A DNA stretch of 64,000 nucleotides from positions 251 through 64,250 of the forward strand of contig JBBIUB010000006.1 of assembly GCA_037440465.1 (NCBI GenBank), given 5' to 3'. The position numbers were made by a program, and so were the translations under genes. The stretch is from Coprothermobacterota bacterium (GTDB lineage: Bacteria > Coprothermobacterota > HKB111). The notes beneath the pieces were generated by a model. It did not search any database, was not told where the DNA came from, and saw only the letters and a list, made by a program, of their open reading frames with translations. Below, one piece after another: positions 17,498-27,980 of this stretch (its first letter is position 1; the number at the start of each line of letters is the position of its first letter).

Positions 17498-19386
17498 TTA
17501 TTGGAAGGCACAAAATATCTTCATTAAAGATTCCAAGGGCTTATGAAGTATCCATATCTCTTTTACTAATAATCCTGAGTATTGGATTTTACAGATTAAA
17601 TGTTATGTACACTTTATATTCTACTGGTGTAATTTTTAGATATATCGCTCAAACATTGGCAATAATAGCCACGATACTTACAGGTAAGAATATCATACTG
17701 GGAGCTATCAAAGGTCTTATAAAGAAGAAGTTCAATGTAGATGAGTTAATAAGCATGGCTATCATAGCTTCAATTGTTACAGGAGAATATCTGGTAGCAG
17801 CCGAAGTAGCTTTTATTATGACCATTGGTGCTTTCTTGGAAGACAGGGTTTCTGATAGGAGTCGTAAAGCCATTGAGGAACTATACAAGCTAGCTCCCCG
17901 TAGAGCCCGTCTCAGACTTAAAAATGAAGATAAAATGATACCTGTTGAAGAGGTAAAACCAGGAGACCTGATTCTGGTTAAACCCTGGGAGGAGATTCCA
18001 GTTGATGGTATGGTTACTACGGGCTTTTCTTCAGTAAATGAGGCATCTCTTACGGGCGAGAGTAAACCCAGCGACAAATCACCTGGTGAGATGGTATTGG
18101 CAGGCACACAGAATTTGGATGGAGCGCTTGAGATAAAGACATTAAAGGTAGGAAGTTCCAGTGCTCTTGGAAGAATGATAGAACTTACAAGAGAAGCACT
18201 CAGAGAAAAAACTCCCCTTACTCGTTTGGTGGATAAGTTTGCTTCCTGGTTCACTCCAGCTGTTTTCTTGTTTACGCTACTTGTGTATTTTCTTACAAGA
18301 GATATTATGAGAGCGGTTGCAGTGCTTGTTGTAGCTTGTCCCTGCTCCCTTGTACTGGCTACTCCGACTGCTTTGACAGCTGCTCTGGGTAAAGCAGCCA
18401 GGATGGGAGTTCTCGTGAAAGGTGGAGCTTATCTGGAAAAGGCTGCTGAAGTAGACGCTATAATCTTTGATAAAACAGGTACTCTCACTATTGGTGAGCC
18501 TCAGGTTAAAAATGTTCTTACTTTAAACTCCGTTTCAAAAGAAGAACTTCTTTTTATGGCTTCCATAGCTGAGATATTTTCTGAGCACCACTTAGGAAAA
18601 GCTATTGTTAAGGAGTCTCTCCATGCTGGAAAACCTATTCCTAACCCTGAGGAAGTCAAAGTGGTACCTGGTAAAGGTATTGTTGCAAAATACAACGGTA
18701 CCAGTATAACTGTAGGAAAAGCCTCTTTTCTAAAAGATGGAGAGTTCAAGTCCATTGAGGAAGCCTTACATCTCGCTAATAAGGAAGAAAAGGATGGTAG
18801 AACCACCTTTTTCGTGGCTTGGGATAATGAAGTAAAAGGAATCATATCCATGGAAGATGTGTTAAGAGAAGATACTCTTATCAGTATGGCAGTGCTGAAA
18901 AAGATGTCTCATAAGATAGTTCTTTTAAGTGGAGACAACCATAATAGTACTGCAACGATGGCGTCTAAAGCAGGAATAAGTGAGTTTAGAGCTAATCTCT
19001 TACCAGAAGATAAGGTTGTAATCCTACGAGAGCTTAAAAGAGAAGGAAGGGTAGTGGCAGCCGTAGGTGATGGAATAAATGACGCCCCACTATTAGCTCG
19101 GGCAGATGTAGGTATAGCTATGGGGAATTCAGGTTTTCATATAACACTGGAAGCTGCTTCAGTGGTTTTACTGAGGGACGATATTGAGAAAATACCCGCT
19201 TTTTTAAAGCTTGCCCGAAGAACGAGAGGAATTATTAGACAGAACTTACTCATATTTGGAGTTATGTATAATCTTTTAGCTTTTACAGGAGCATCGCTGG
19301 GTTATCTAACTCCCTTCTGGGGAGCTGTTATTCACAACTTGGGTGCTGTGATGGTAATCTTAAATTCCAGCCGATTGTTGAGATAG
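17494..19386 (+). CDS. copA: P1B-type heavy-metal (probably Cu+) translocating ATPase, no N-terminal metal-binding domain
   Basis: 630 aa; CPC transmembrane motif (VACPCSLVLATP), DKTGTLT phosphorylation site, GDGINDAP hinge; CsoR-linked. Confidence 0.8.
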   Translation: MIIGRHKISSLKIPRAYEVSISLLLIILSIGFYRLNVMYTLYSTGVIFRYIAQTLAIIATILTGKNIILGAIKGLIKKKFNVDELISMAIIASIVTGEYLVAAEVAFIMTIGAFLEDRVSDRSRKAIEELYKLAPRRARLRLKNEDKMIPVEEVKPGDLILVKPWEEIPVDGMVTTGFSSVNEASLTGESKPSDKSPGEMVLAGTQNLDGALEIKTLKVGSSSALGRMIELTREALREKTPLTRLVDKFASWFTPAVFLFTLLVYFLTRDIMRAVAVLVVACPCSLVLATPTALTAALGKAARMGVLVKGGAYLEKAAEVDAIIFDKTGTLTIGEPQVKNVLTLNSVSKEELLFMASIAEIFSEHHLGKAIVKESLHAGKPIPNPEEVKVVPGKGIVAKYNGTSITVGKASFLKDGEFKSIEEALHLANKEEKDGRTTFFVAWDNEVKGIISMEDVLREDTLISMAVLKKMSHKIVLLSGDNHNSTATMASKAGISEFRANLLPEDKVVILRELKREGRVVAAVGDGINDAPLLARADVGIAMGNSGFHITLEAASVVLLRDDIEKIPAFLKLARRTRGIIRQNLLIFGVMYNLLAFTGASLGYLTPFWGAVIHNLGAVMVILNSSRLLR

Positions 19387-19405
19387 ATACAAAATCCTTT
19401 TGATG

Positions 19406-20347
19406 TCAAATGCGTAGACCTGACCCCAAGTAATGATTTCGGTCAAGGGTCATAAAGCCATGACTTACCCACTGGCTTTTTTCAATAATATACTTGAAGC
19501 CAACCTTCTCGTAAAGGCGTTTGGCAGCCATATTCTTTTCGTGTGGTGTCACTACAAAGATACCACATCCTGCTTTTTTAAAAGCATAGCGGATAACTTC
19601 GAGCATAGCTTCGGTACCAAAACCCTTCCCCCAGTAATCAGGAAGCAGTTTTATATCTCCTAATAAAGTAACTTTATCAGTAGGAACTAACCATTCACCC
19701 ATTTTGCGTCCTTCTCTTAAAGGTGCGAAGAAGGATTCTCCTATTTTTGTACCGTCAGGTAGCCTGATGATGAATTGAGTGTACTTTTTACCAAGTTCGC
19801 GTCTCTTCTCTTGATACCTTCTCCAGGCTGTCTCCGAATCATTTATTCTTGACCAACCTCTGAGAAGCGGAAATTCGTCTGCATATTTCATTACTTGGCG
19901 ATTCTGCCACAGATTAAGAAGAAATGGAACATCCCATTTTAGTAGTGGGGTTATATTAACACCTGCAGAACTTGAATCCGCTTCTTTTTTCATATTAAGA
20001 GCTTTTTTAATGGATACTACAAGTTCTTTAATAGGTAAGAGGTTCTTATCTTTTATATTGATACATGATTTACCATGAGAGAGCCTGGGGTATTTCTTTT
20101 TTATGTTTCGAATAAGTTCTTCAGAGCAAAAATAAACAGAGAGATGGTTCTTCTGATTGGCTAACGCTACCCAATTTCCCTGGTAGTCAAAGGTAGGGAT
20201 GCGGTAACGCAGGCTTTCTACTACTTCCGGAAAGTTTCCCTTGATTATTTTATAGACTCTTTGAGCCCTTTCTTTCCTTAATCCTGTTAAATTATTAATA
20301 TAACCATCAACTGTCTCGCTAATTTTTTTAACCTCCAGATTTCTCAA
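19406..20347 (-). CDS. DUF1801 (YdhG-like) - GNAT N-acetyltransferase fusion protein
   Basis: N-terminal half resembles DUF1801; C-terminal half has the GNAT acetyl-CoA fold (PDYWGKGFGTEAM...RLYEKVGF). Confidence 0.55.
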   Translation of the reverse strand: MRNLEVKKISETVDGYINNLTGLRKERAQRVYKIIKGNFPEVVESLRYRIPTFDYQGNWVALANQKNHLSVYFCSEELIRNIKKKYPRLSHGKSCINIKDKNLLPIKELVVSIKKALNMKKEADSSSAGVNITPLLKWDVPFLLNLWQNRQVMKYADEFPLLRGWSRINDSETAWRRYQEKRRELGKKYTQFIIRLPDGTKIGESFFAPLREGRKMGEWLVPTDKVTLLGDIKLLPDYWGKGFGTEAMLEVIRYAFKKAGCGIFVVTPHEKNMAAKRLYEKVGFKYIIEKSQWVSHGFMTLDRNHYLGSGLRI

Positions 20348-20375
20348 AGATTCATTATATACATCAATAATAACT

Positions 20376-20816
20376 TTACACTAAAGTTTGCTCAGAAGTA
20401 CAGTAAGGGCATCGAGTTGCCTTGAGGGGTATGGTGGATAAACAATAGGGACACTGTTTAGTTTCAGGTTTTGCTTTTACTTCTGGTAGTCGTCTTAATT
20501 TATTAACTTGTTTTACCAATAAGAATAAGGCAAAAGCTACTATGATGAAGTCCAGTATATTATTAAAAAATATGCCATAATTTATGGTGGCTGCGCCTGC
20601 TGACTTTGCCTCTGCTAATGATGTGTACTTAATGCCAGAAAGGTTTATATAGAGATTGGAAAAATTTACTCTACCAAGAAGTAGACCTATAGGTGGCATC
20701 AATATATCGTTGACTAAAGAAGTAATGATTTTACCAAAGGCGGCACCAATAATAATACCTGTAGCTATATCAACCATATTGCCTTTCAATGCAAATTCCT
20801 TAAATTCTTTTAACAT
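20376..20816 (-). CDS. mscL: large-conductance mechanosensitive channel MscL with C-terminal zinc-ribbon tail
   Basis: N-terminal [24 protein letters not shown] MscL signature; C-terminal CPYC-x13-CPYC. Confidence 0.8.
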   Translation of the reverse strand: MLKEFKEFALKGNMVDIATGIIIGAAFGKIITSLVNDILMPPIGLLLGRVNFSNLYINLSGIKYTSLAEAKSAGAATINYGIFFNNILDFIIVAFALFLLVKQVNKLRRLPEVKAKPETKQCPYCLSTIPLKATRCPYCTSEQTLV

Positions 20817-21019
20817 TATTTAACCCTCCTTTACTGATTATTTTAGCACTTGTTTTACATGATAAAACTCAATTCATAATAACAATCTCCCCCTTTCTTA
20901 AAGGGGAATAAGAGGGGGATTATTATTGTTTTATATTATCGTTAGTTAGTTTTTTTAAGGCACCCAGTAAGGTTCTAAAAAAGGATATACAAGAAGCAAT
21001 ATTATTAATAGTAATAACC

Positions 21020-21448
21020 CTAATTTAATTTTTCTTTGTCAATATATTCCCCAGGAATCCAGCGGGGTGTTCTATAGTAGTAATTTTTGTATGATTCTCC
21101 AAATTTCTTCTTCAAATAAGGTTCTTCATAATAAACAATAAAGAGATGGAAAAGTAACAATATAACGAGCGTGTAAATTATAAGTAAAACAGACCCAAAT
21201 AGTATGCTCTCTCCTATAAGAATAAAGAGGACTCCTAAATATATGGGATTTCTTACAACTTTGTATAGTCCTTTTGATACAAGTTCTCGTGGTGGGTTAA
21301 GTGGTAGAGGCGTACCTTTACCAATTATTATAAAGTCACGGACACACCAAATATAGGCTAAAACACCGATGGTTATGGGTATTAAGCCCATATACCTGAA
21401 AATTCCTATCTCAAAGATAGGGAATCTCCATCCGGAAGATAGTAGCAT
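21020..21448 (-). CDS. isoprenylcysteine carboxyl methyltransferase (ICMT/PEMT) family membrane methyltransferase
   Basis: NPIYLGVLF...EEPYLKKKFGESYKNY C-terminal ICMT signature; 142 aa, 4 TM. Confidence 0.6.
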   Translation of the reverse strand: MLLSSGWRFPIFEIGIFRYMGLIPITIGVLAYIWCVRDFIIIGKGTPLPLNPPRELVSKGLYKVVRNPIYLGVLFILIGESILFGSVLLIIYTLVILLLFHLFIVYYEEPYLKKKFGESYKNYYYRTPRWIPGEYIDKEKLN

Positions 21449-21602
21449 GTACGGGATACCCGCTACTACTGAACCGGGTATAAGAATAGTGAATATCAGT
21501 GTTTTAAGTAAAAGCAGCCTTTCTATTAGCCTCCATGATTATAAATTATTAGTTTAACTGTTTTTTAGCATGGATAAGATATTAATCAGTCTTCAATTCT
21601 CT

Positions 21603-22289
21603 TTAAGGCATGATTTTTGGTAGTTCAAAGATGTGTACATCTTCTGGTAGTTCAAAGATTTCGTCAGGTATATCTGAAAAATCTATATTTTTATACTCAG
21701 TAATGGTCAATAAACCATCCGGGTGTCGTGTCTCCATCTTAATTGGGAGTCCACGGGCTTTCCATATCCACATTTTTACACTACCTGTGCCAATTCCACC
21801 ATGTTCAATAATTGTACATTCCTTTCCGTCAAAAACTTCACTACCAATGATTTTAGAATCAATATTTACTGTTTCAGTTGTATCTAATAGTGTTTCACCT
21901 GCAGACTTTACAGCATCTCCCATATCAATTTTCATAGCTGTGTTTGTTTCAGGAGTATAATTATAAGAAACCTGTTTTTCATAATCTATTAGATAGACAA
22001 TAATCCCAACCTCTGCTAAAAATTCAATTCTCTGTTTCATTCCTTTTATCCACACTTTTTGAGTATAAGTTGGTTGGTTAGGAATAGAAACAACGAGTTC
22101 GTATTTGATAGAAGTTATTTCTTTTGATTTATTAATGAGGTCTGCCACTGATTCTGTTATTGGTTTAGCTGGTTCTTCTATGTTTGGTGCCGTAGCTTTC
22201 TTGGAACAACCTGATAATAATATGGTGCCTGAAAACAGAACTAAAAGAAGCATAATCACCAGTGAAATCTTTAACCATTTTCTTATCAT
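21603..22289 (-). CDS. lipoprotein (LolA-like/DUF4367-like fold?), hypothetical
   Basis: Signal peptide plus lipobox LLSGC; 228 aa. Confidence 0.5.
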   Translation of the reverse strand: MIRKWLKISLVIMLLLVLFSGTILLSGCSKKATAPNIEEPAKPITESVADLINKSKEITSIKYELVVSIPNQPTYTQKVWIKGMKQRIEFLAEVGIIVYLIDYEKQVSYNYTPETNTAMKIDMGDAVKSAGETLLDTTETVNIDSKIIGSEVFDGKECTIIEHGGIGTGSVKMWIWKARGLPIKMETRHPDGLLTITEYKNIDFSDIPDEIFELPEDVHIFELPKIMP

Positions 22290-22381
22290 CTTTATTCCTC
22301 CATTATACTTGTTTTATTCAACTATTTATCACCTTATATATTTTAACATTACTAACACTAAATCGGCATATATGTTTGAAT

Positions 22382-23536
22382 TTATAATTGCGTAAGAAGA
22401 AGTGTTAGAAGTGCTGCTCTTTGGGGAAGGCTTTCAATAATGATGTGTTCATGTTCAGCGTGGGCTCCATCACCAACTACACCCAGACCATCAATTACAG
22501 GGATACCCAGTTCAGAAACAAATTGAGCATCGCTTCCACCACCCACCGAAGCTTCTTTAAGTTCAATCCCCAACTTATTAAAAGCAAGATCTCTGGTTTG
22601 TTCAAAGAGGTGTGCTATTCCGGGTGTTCTTACCATTGGTTTTCTGTTTATTCCACCTGTTACTGCAATAGTTATTCCATCAAGGACTGGTGTTAGATTT
22701 AGGATAATCTCTATAGCCTTTTCTGCTTCCTCCAACGTGACAGCCCGAAGGTCAATGGAAGCCTCAGCTTCTGGTGCCATAACATTACGGGCTAATCCGC
22801 CTTTAACCACACCTACATTAACTGTGGTGCCTGTTTCTTTGCTACTTAGCTTGTGCAGGCGTAAAATCTGATGAGCCAGCTCTTCAATGGCACTTACTCC
22901 TGCCCAGGGGTTCTGCCCTGCATGGGAAGGTACTCCTTTAATCTTTAATTCAAAAGCACCAACACCTTTGCGAGCAGTTTTAAGAGCTCCATCTGGTGGT
23001 TCACCTGGTTCCATACAGAAACAAATATCTATGTTCCGTGCTTCTCGCTGGATATACTCTTTTGAGGTATAACTACCTACTTCTTCATCAGAATTAAAGA
23101 AAAGTACCAGACTACGATTTGGTTTGAGTCCTAAATCCCTAAAGGCTTTTAAAACTGTTAAAGTGATAGCAATACCACCTTTCATATCAAATGTGCCAGG
23201 TCCGTAAACAACCTTACCATCCCGATGGAAGGGACGCTTATTGATTGTTCCTACTGGCCAAACTGTATCCATATGATGCAGTAAGAGAATTTTCCCGGGT
23301 CCATTCTCCCAATGGGTTATAAGATGGTTACCCCTTTCTTGTTGGTGTATCCGCTCAACCGGGAGTTTTAGGTCTTTAATCTGGTCTTCAATAAACCCAC
23401 TCAATTTATCCACTGCTTGTTTATCTGCTGAAGGAGATTCCCGTTCAACCAGTTCACGAAGAAGAAGTAACATCTCATCAGTGCGTTTTTCAAAATAAGA
23501 AAGCAAATCTTTCAATTCATAACCTCCGTTTATCAA
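22382..23536 (-). CDS. M20-family metallopeptidase (ArgE/DapE/carboxypeptidase G2-like)
   Basis: 384 aa; HMDTV, FDMKGG, EEVG metal-ligand motifs. Confidence 0.75.
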   Translation of the reverse strand: MINGGYELKDLLSYFEKRTDEMLLLLRELVERESPSADKQAVDKLSGFIEDQIKDLKLPVERIHQQERGNHLITHWENGPGKILLLHHMDTVWPVGTINKRPFHRDGKVVYGPGTFDMKGGIAITLTVLKAFRDLGLKPNRSLVLFFNSDEEVGSYTSKEYIQREARNIDICFCMEPGEPPDGALKTARKGVGAFELKIKGVPSHAGQNPWAGVSAIEELAHQILRLHKLSSKETGTTVNVGVVKGGLARNVMAPEAEASIDLRAVTLEEAEKAIEIILNLTPVLDGITIAVTGGINRKPMVRTPGIAHLFEQTRDLAFNKLGIELKEASVGGGSDAQFVSELGIPVIDGLGVVGDGAHAEHEHIIIESLPQRAALLTLLLTQL

Positions 23537-23884
23537 ATGTTCTTTGTTGATAAATATAATAATTCTAACACTAAGGTTTAATATTAATCCCCCTCAATCC
23601 CTCTTTACAAAGGGGGAAATGAAAAATAGTTGATGTCGGTAGGAGGTGTGTTTATCTCCGTAGGACAGGCGTCTCGCTTGTCCTTAGGCCTTAATCCCTT
23701 ATTAATCAGGTCAAACTCAACTTCCTCTTCTAAGAAAGGAGAAGGCTGGGGAGAGGTGGATGTTAAACATTAAAGCTTAAAAGTAAAAAACTATCGAAGT
23801 AAGTAATAAGTTTGGGTTCGTGGTATTATGGTAAAAAAGAAAAAACAAGAAGAATAACACAGGAAGGATATAAATAATTTAACA

Positions 23885-25159
23885 ATGGACTTACAGAAAA
23901 TTATTGATAGAAAGAATAATCCAATTAAAATTGGGCTGGCTGGAGTGGGGCAGATGGGAAGGGGAATTGTTGCTCAGACCATCAATGCACCTTGGGTCAG
24001 GGTGGTAGCTCTCTTTGACCATCGTCTTGAGAGAGTCTTTACTCTTTATGAGAGCTATGAGCTTGATAGACCCGTAGTTATAGAAAACGGAGACATTGAG
24101 AAAGCAGAAGAAATTATAAGGAATGGGAAAACTGCCCTTCTTCCAGATGTTAAATCTATCTGTGCCATTCCTTCTGTAGAGGTAGTAGTAGATGCCACAG
24201 GGTCTCCAGAGGGTGGAGCAATTGCTGCCTGGGAGAGTATTGAGAAAGGAAAACACATCGTTCTTCTCACTGTGGAGACTGATGTGGTAGTTGGAAGGAT
24301 TTTAAGAAAGAAGGCAGAGGAGAAGGGAGTGGTCTATACTCTATCTGCTGGAGATGAACATGCTTCCGCTAAAGAACTTTACGACTTTGCCATCTCCCTG
24401 GGTTTTGAGGTGGTAGCAGCCGGGAAGGGGAAAAATAATCCTTTAAATTTTCACGCCACTCCATTAGAGCTGGAGGAGGAGGCAAGGTTCAAAAGAATGA
24501 GTCCCAGAATGCTTACTTCTTTTGTGGATGGCACAAAAACTGCTATTGAGATGACAGCACTTTCTAATGCCACCGGGCTGGTTCCTGATGTGAGAGGGAT
24601 GCATGGTGTTGTGGGAAGACCTGAAGATATGCCCCGTTTATTTACTCTTAAGAAGAACGGTGGCGTTTTGAATCAAGAAGGGGTGGTGGATTTTGTCTTT
24701 GGGCTTGCTCCTGGTGTTTTTGTAGTGGTGAAGACCGATAATAAAGAGATGCAATATATTCTTTCCTATCTAAAAATCGGGGAAGGTAATCAACATTTTT
24801 TATATCGTCCTTACCATCTGGTTTCTTTGGAGACTCTTACTTCGGTTTATAAGGCTATTATATATAATGAACCTACCATTGTGCCCTTATACACCCCTTA
24901 CTCAGAGGTTATAACTTGTGCCAAAAGAGATTTAAGAGAAGGAGAGGTGGTTGATGGGATCGGCGGGAAGATGGTCTATGGTCTTATAGAACGGTATGAA
25001 GTTGCGAAAAGTGAAAATCTGGTACCCATAGGACTTCTGGAGGGGGCACAAATCCTTCGGGATATAAAAAAGGATGAGCCTATCTCCTATGACGAGGTCC
25101 TCTTGAAAGAAGGTTTTCTTCCATCTTTAAGGAGGAAACAAGAGGAGATGGGCTTATAA
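23885..25159 (+). CDS. NAD(P)-binding oxidoreductase with C-terminal SAF domain (COG4091, predicted homoserine-dehydrogenase-like)
   Basis: N-terminal Rossmann motif GLAGVGQMGRG; 424 aa typical of COG4091. Confidence 0.55.
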   Translation: MDLQKIIDRKNNPIKIGLAGVGQMGRGIVAQTINAPWVRVVALFDHRLERVFTLYESYELDRPVVIENGDIEKAEEIIRNGKTALLPDVKSICAIPSVEVVVDATGSPEGGAIAAWESIEKGKHIVLLTVETDVVVGRILRKKAEEKGVVYTLSAGDEHASAKELYDFAISLGFEVVAAGKGKNNPLNFHATPLELEEEARFKRMSPRMLTSFVDGTKTAIEMTALSNATGLVPDVRGMHGVVGRPEDMPRLFTLKKNGGVLNQEGVVDFVFGLAPGVFVVVKTDNKEMQYILSYLKIGEGNQHFLYRPYHLVSLETLTSVYKAIIYNEPTIVPLYTPYSEVITCAKRDLREGEVVDGIGGKMVYGLIERYEVAKSENLVPIGLLEGAQILRDIKKDEPISYDEVLLKEGFLPSLRRKQEEMGL

Positions 25160-25253
25160 AAGAAAGCTTAAAAGAGGGCGAGAAGCTTTCTTCAGGATTT
25201 TAATTAAATAATGTGATAGAATTAAACATTAAATTTTAAGGAGGATACCTTAC

Positions 25254-25517
25254 ATGTGCGAGCACGATGAAGAAGAAGTCTGTGAGGAAGAATTGTTCGA
25301 AGAAGAGACTATACTGGATCTTCTAAGGCAGGACCTCATTGACGAACTAAGAGCGATTAATCAGTATGAGGAACATATAAACTACGTAGATGATGAAAGT
25401 GTCATCGTTGTTCTACAGGAAATAATACTCGCTGAAAAAGAACATGTAGCCCGTCTTATAAACCTAATTAATTCTCTGGATCCTGAGCAGAAGGAGAAGT
25501 TTAAGTTAGTTCAATAG
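25254..25517 (+). CDS. small acidic hypothetical protein (possible ferritin-like helical pair)
   Basis: 87 aa, strong RBS AAGGAGGATACCTTACATG; 3' end overlaps the convergent M42 gene by 17 nt. Confidence 0.35.
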   Translation: MCEHDEEEVCEEELFEEETILDLLRQDLIDELRAINQYEEHINYVDDESVIVVLQEIILAEKEHVARLINLINSLDPEQKEKFKLVQ

Positions 25518-26562
25518 GTTCGTTAGTTAGAGCTGTATAGATTTTTACAAGCCCTTCCAGGTCTCGTAAGGAAACTACCTCTACTGTAGAGTGGGTGTAG
25601 CGTACGGGGAAGCATAATGGAAGGGCTTTGTATCCTTTATAGGCAGTTTCCGCGGCGGCGGCATCTGTAGAACCTCCACTTATTCCGTATTGAATATTTA
25701 CTCCAGTCATTTTAGCTAATTTTTCAACCAGAGCGATTACCTCTTTACCCACTACCATCCGATTATCTGCCATTCTTATGGTCGGTCCTCCACCCACTTC
25801 AAAAGAGCCTTCAAAGGCAGGCGAGATTCCAGGGAAATCGGGTGATGATATAGAGTCGCAGGCTACAGTTAAATCAGGGTTAAATTGTGGCGCTAAAACT
25901 TGTGCTCCTCGAAGTCCAATCTCTTCTTCGGTTGTGAAGGTGACGATGGCGGTGTTTTCAGGGCGCTCTTCTTTCAATCCCTGTAAAAGTTTTATGAGAG
26001 TATAGCAACCTAATCTGTCATCAAGTCCCCTGCTGACTATCAAGTCTTCTCTATTTAAATAAGTAATATCTTTATTAAAAACAATTGGAGTACCTATCCG
26101 GATACCTAAAGCCAAAGCCTCGCTACGAGTTTTAGCTCCTATGTCTAACTTGAGTTGATGCCAGGGGGTGGTTTTTTCTTTTTCCTGCGGGTCAACAATC
26201 AGGTGAGGTGGTTTTAGCCCGATGATACCATGTACTTCACCAAAAGTAGTAAGGATACGAACGATTCTGGAAGGTAAAATACGGTCATCTATTCCGCCAA
26301 GTTTATAAAAAGAGAGGTATCCTTTCTGGTCTATGGCGGATACTACCATCCCCAACTCGTCCATATGTGCCATGAAAAGAATTTTATAATCCTTCTTTGT
26401 ACCGTTTACGATGGCAATTAAGTTACCCAGATTGTCAACTTTTACCTCATCAGCATATTTTAAGGCTTCAGTTTTTAGATACTCTCTTATGGGTTCTTCA
26501 AACCCTACAACACCCGGGGTTTTAAGCAGGTCTTTCAGAAGTTTTTTATCTTCAAGTGTCAT
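25501..26562 (-). CDS. M42-family glutamyl aminopeptidase (FrvX/PepA-like)
   Basis: 353 aa; N-terminal LLKDLLKTPGVVGFEEPIREYL and HMDELG motifs typical of M42. Confidence 0.8.
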   Translation of the reverse strand: MTLEDKKLLKDLLKTPGVVGFEEPIREYLKTEALKYADEVKVDNLGNLIAIVNGTKKDYKILFMAHMDELGMVVSAIDQKGYLSFYKLGGIDDRILPSRIVRILTTFGEVHGIIGLKPPHLIVDPQEKEKTTPWHQLKLDIGAKTRSEALALGIRIGTPIVFNKDITYLNREDLIVSRGLDDRLGCYTLIKLLQGLKEERPENTAIVTFTTEEEIGLRGAQVLAPQFNPDLTVACDSISSPDFPGISPAFEGSFEVGGGPTIRMADNRMVVGKEVIALVEKLAKMTGVNIQYGISGGSTDAAAAETAYKGYKALPLCFPVRYTHSTVEVVSLRDLEGLVKIYTALTNEPIELT

Positions 26563-26838
26563 TTTGTCCTCCCTGGATAATTATTTAGTTAATTATAACA
26601 AAACGAATCTTTTTATTTTACAGTGCTGTAGATGGGGTCAGGTCTACGCAATTGACTAATCTCCCCTGACCCCTTTTTACAAAAGAGGGGAACATTTTAC
26701 ACACCTGAGATTTACTGGTTACTGATTTAGAATTATATTATGAGAAAAGCCCTTAACGCTATTCTAAAGCTTAATTAATGGAATTTATATTGATATTATA
26801 TTTTTAATTAAAAAAAAGAGAGTGTAAAGACTGTTTTA

Positions 26839-27837
26839 TTAAGGTTCTTTGGTAAGATCCTTTTCAAAAGTAATCCAGGCGGGTTGACGCTGGAAACCCA
26901 ATTTGATGTTAATTGATAACATCCCCACGTTTTCAGAGTCATTTCCGGTTATGATGGTCTTATAACCATTCTTTTGCGCCCATTCTATGGCTTTTACTTT
27001 AACAGCCATAGCAATACCACGCCTGCGATACTCTCTTCTTACTCCGGTTAAGCCTTGAGATAATTTTTCTAATGAGGCTTTTATTGTACTTAAACTTGTT
27101 CTCCCTGCGTATTTGTCGCCATCCTTAACTATGAAATAAGCTTCTGGTATTCTGTTAGGATTATTGAGATGGTTTTTTTCATACTCTTCAAAGGATTCTG
27201 GAGTATAAGTGTCTGGCAGAGGCACATCTTGAAATATATCATTATCTAATTCATACAATTTATAATCCCACCCGGGAGTATTTTCTTTTTCTTCTTTAAA
27301 AGTAGAAATAGTTAAACCTTGTTGATATAAAGAAGATAAGTAAGGTTGAAAATCCTGAAGATTAAACTTCTGTACATCTAATCTGGACTCCCATTCTCGC
27401 ATTTTTTCAAAAAACCCTCTTTTGGTAACAAAAGAAACTGATACTTCCATGTCTTCCTTAACCCAGGTTCTTAGATTAATAGCATTTAATTGTTCAAGGT
27501 CTTGATTTATCAGATTATAAAGAGCAGTTCCTATGCCCTGTCTTTGAAAATCGGGGTGAACCATAATATAAAACCAGAATTTTAAAGGGTGAAATATTTC
27601 CGGCCCATGTTTATAATAAGCAAAAGCAACGGTTTTGTTATCAGATGTTCTATCAACAGCATATCTTTTAAAGATGTATTTATTTTTATCCAGAGATTCA
27701 TACCAGAAACGGATTTCTTCTTCCGTTTCAGGGTGCTCCGGAAAGATGATATTGTTGATAGAAACCTTTATGGGATAGTCTTCTTCATTAAAATCACGAA
27801 TTATATATTTATCATTAATTATTAATTCTTTATTCAT
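26839..27837 (-). CDS. tandem-GNAT N-acetyltransferase
   Basis: Two acetyl-CoA-binding motifs (FQRQGIGTALY ; YRRRGIAMAV); start set at internal ATG (MNKELII) with RBS GGGGAG, because the longer ORF reads through the upstream gene's terminator. Confidence 0.6.
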   Translation of the reverse strand: MNKELIINDKYIIRDFNEEDYPIKVSINNIIFPEHPETEEEIRFWYESLDKNKYIFKRYAVDRTSDNKTVAFAYYKHGPEIFHPLKFWFYIMVHPDFQRQGIGTALYNLINQDLEQLNAINLRTWVKEDMEVSVSFVTKRGFFEKMREWESRLDVQKFNLQDFQPYLSSLYQQGLTISTFKEEKENTPGWDYKLYELDNDIFQDVPLPDTYTPESFEEYEKNHLNNPNRIPEAYFIVKDGDKYAGRTSLSTIKASLEKLSQGLTGVRREYRRRGIAMAVKVKAIEWAQKNGYKTIITGNDSENVGMLSINIKLGFQRQPAWITFEKDLTKEP

Positions 27838-27912
27838 ATGAGTTCTCCCCAGTTTAAACTTAGGTTTTATTATATCACTTAAAAGTTTATAATTTTTTGA
27901 TAAATTTATTGT

Positions 27913-27938
27913 TAAAAAGCGGGGGTATAACCCCCGCC
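27913..27938 (-). terminator. rho-independent terminator (GCGGGGG-TTATA-CCCCCGC + T5 on minus strand)
   Basis: Perfect 7-bp GC stem followed by TTTTT immediately downstream of the 27981-28721 gene. Confidence 0.7.
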
Positions 27939-27980
27939 AGATGATCATTTTTGAAATAAAATTGTTAACTTAACTTGCTA

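Noticed and set aside
27838-27948. Longer N-terminus of the tandem-GNAT gene (ATG at 27948)
   Set aside because: That extension would translate straight through a perfect rho-independent terminator hairpin belonging to the upstream gene. The internal ATG at 27837 has a GGGGAG RBS.
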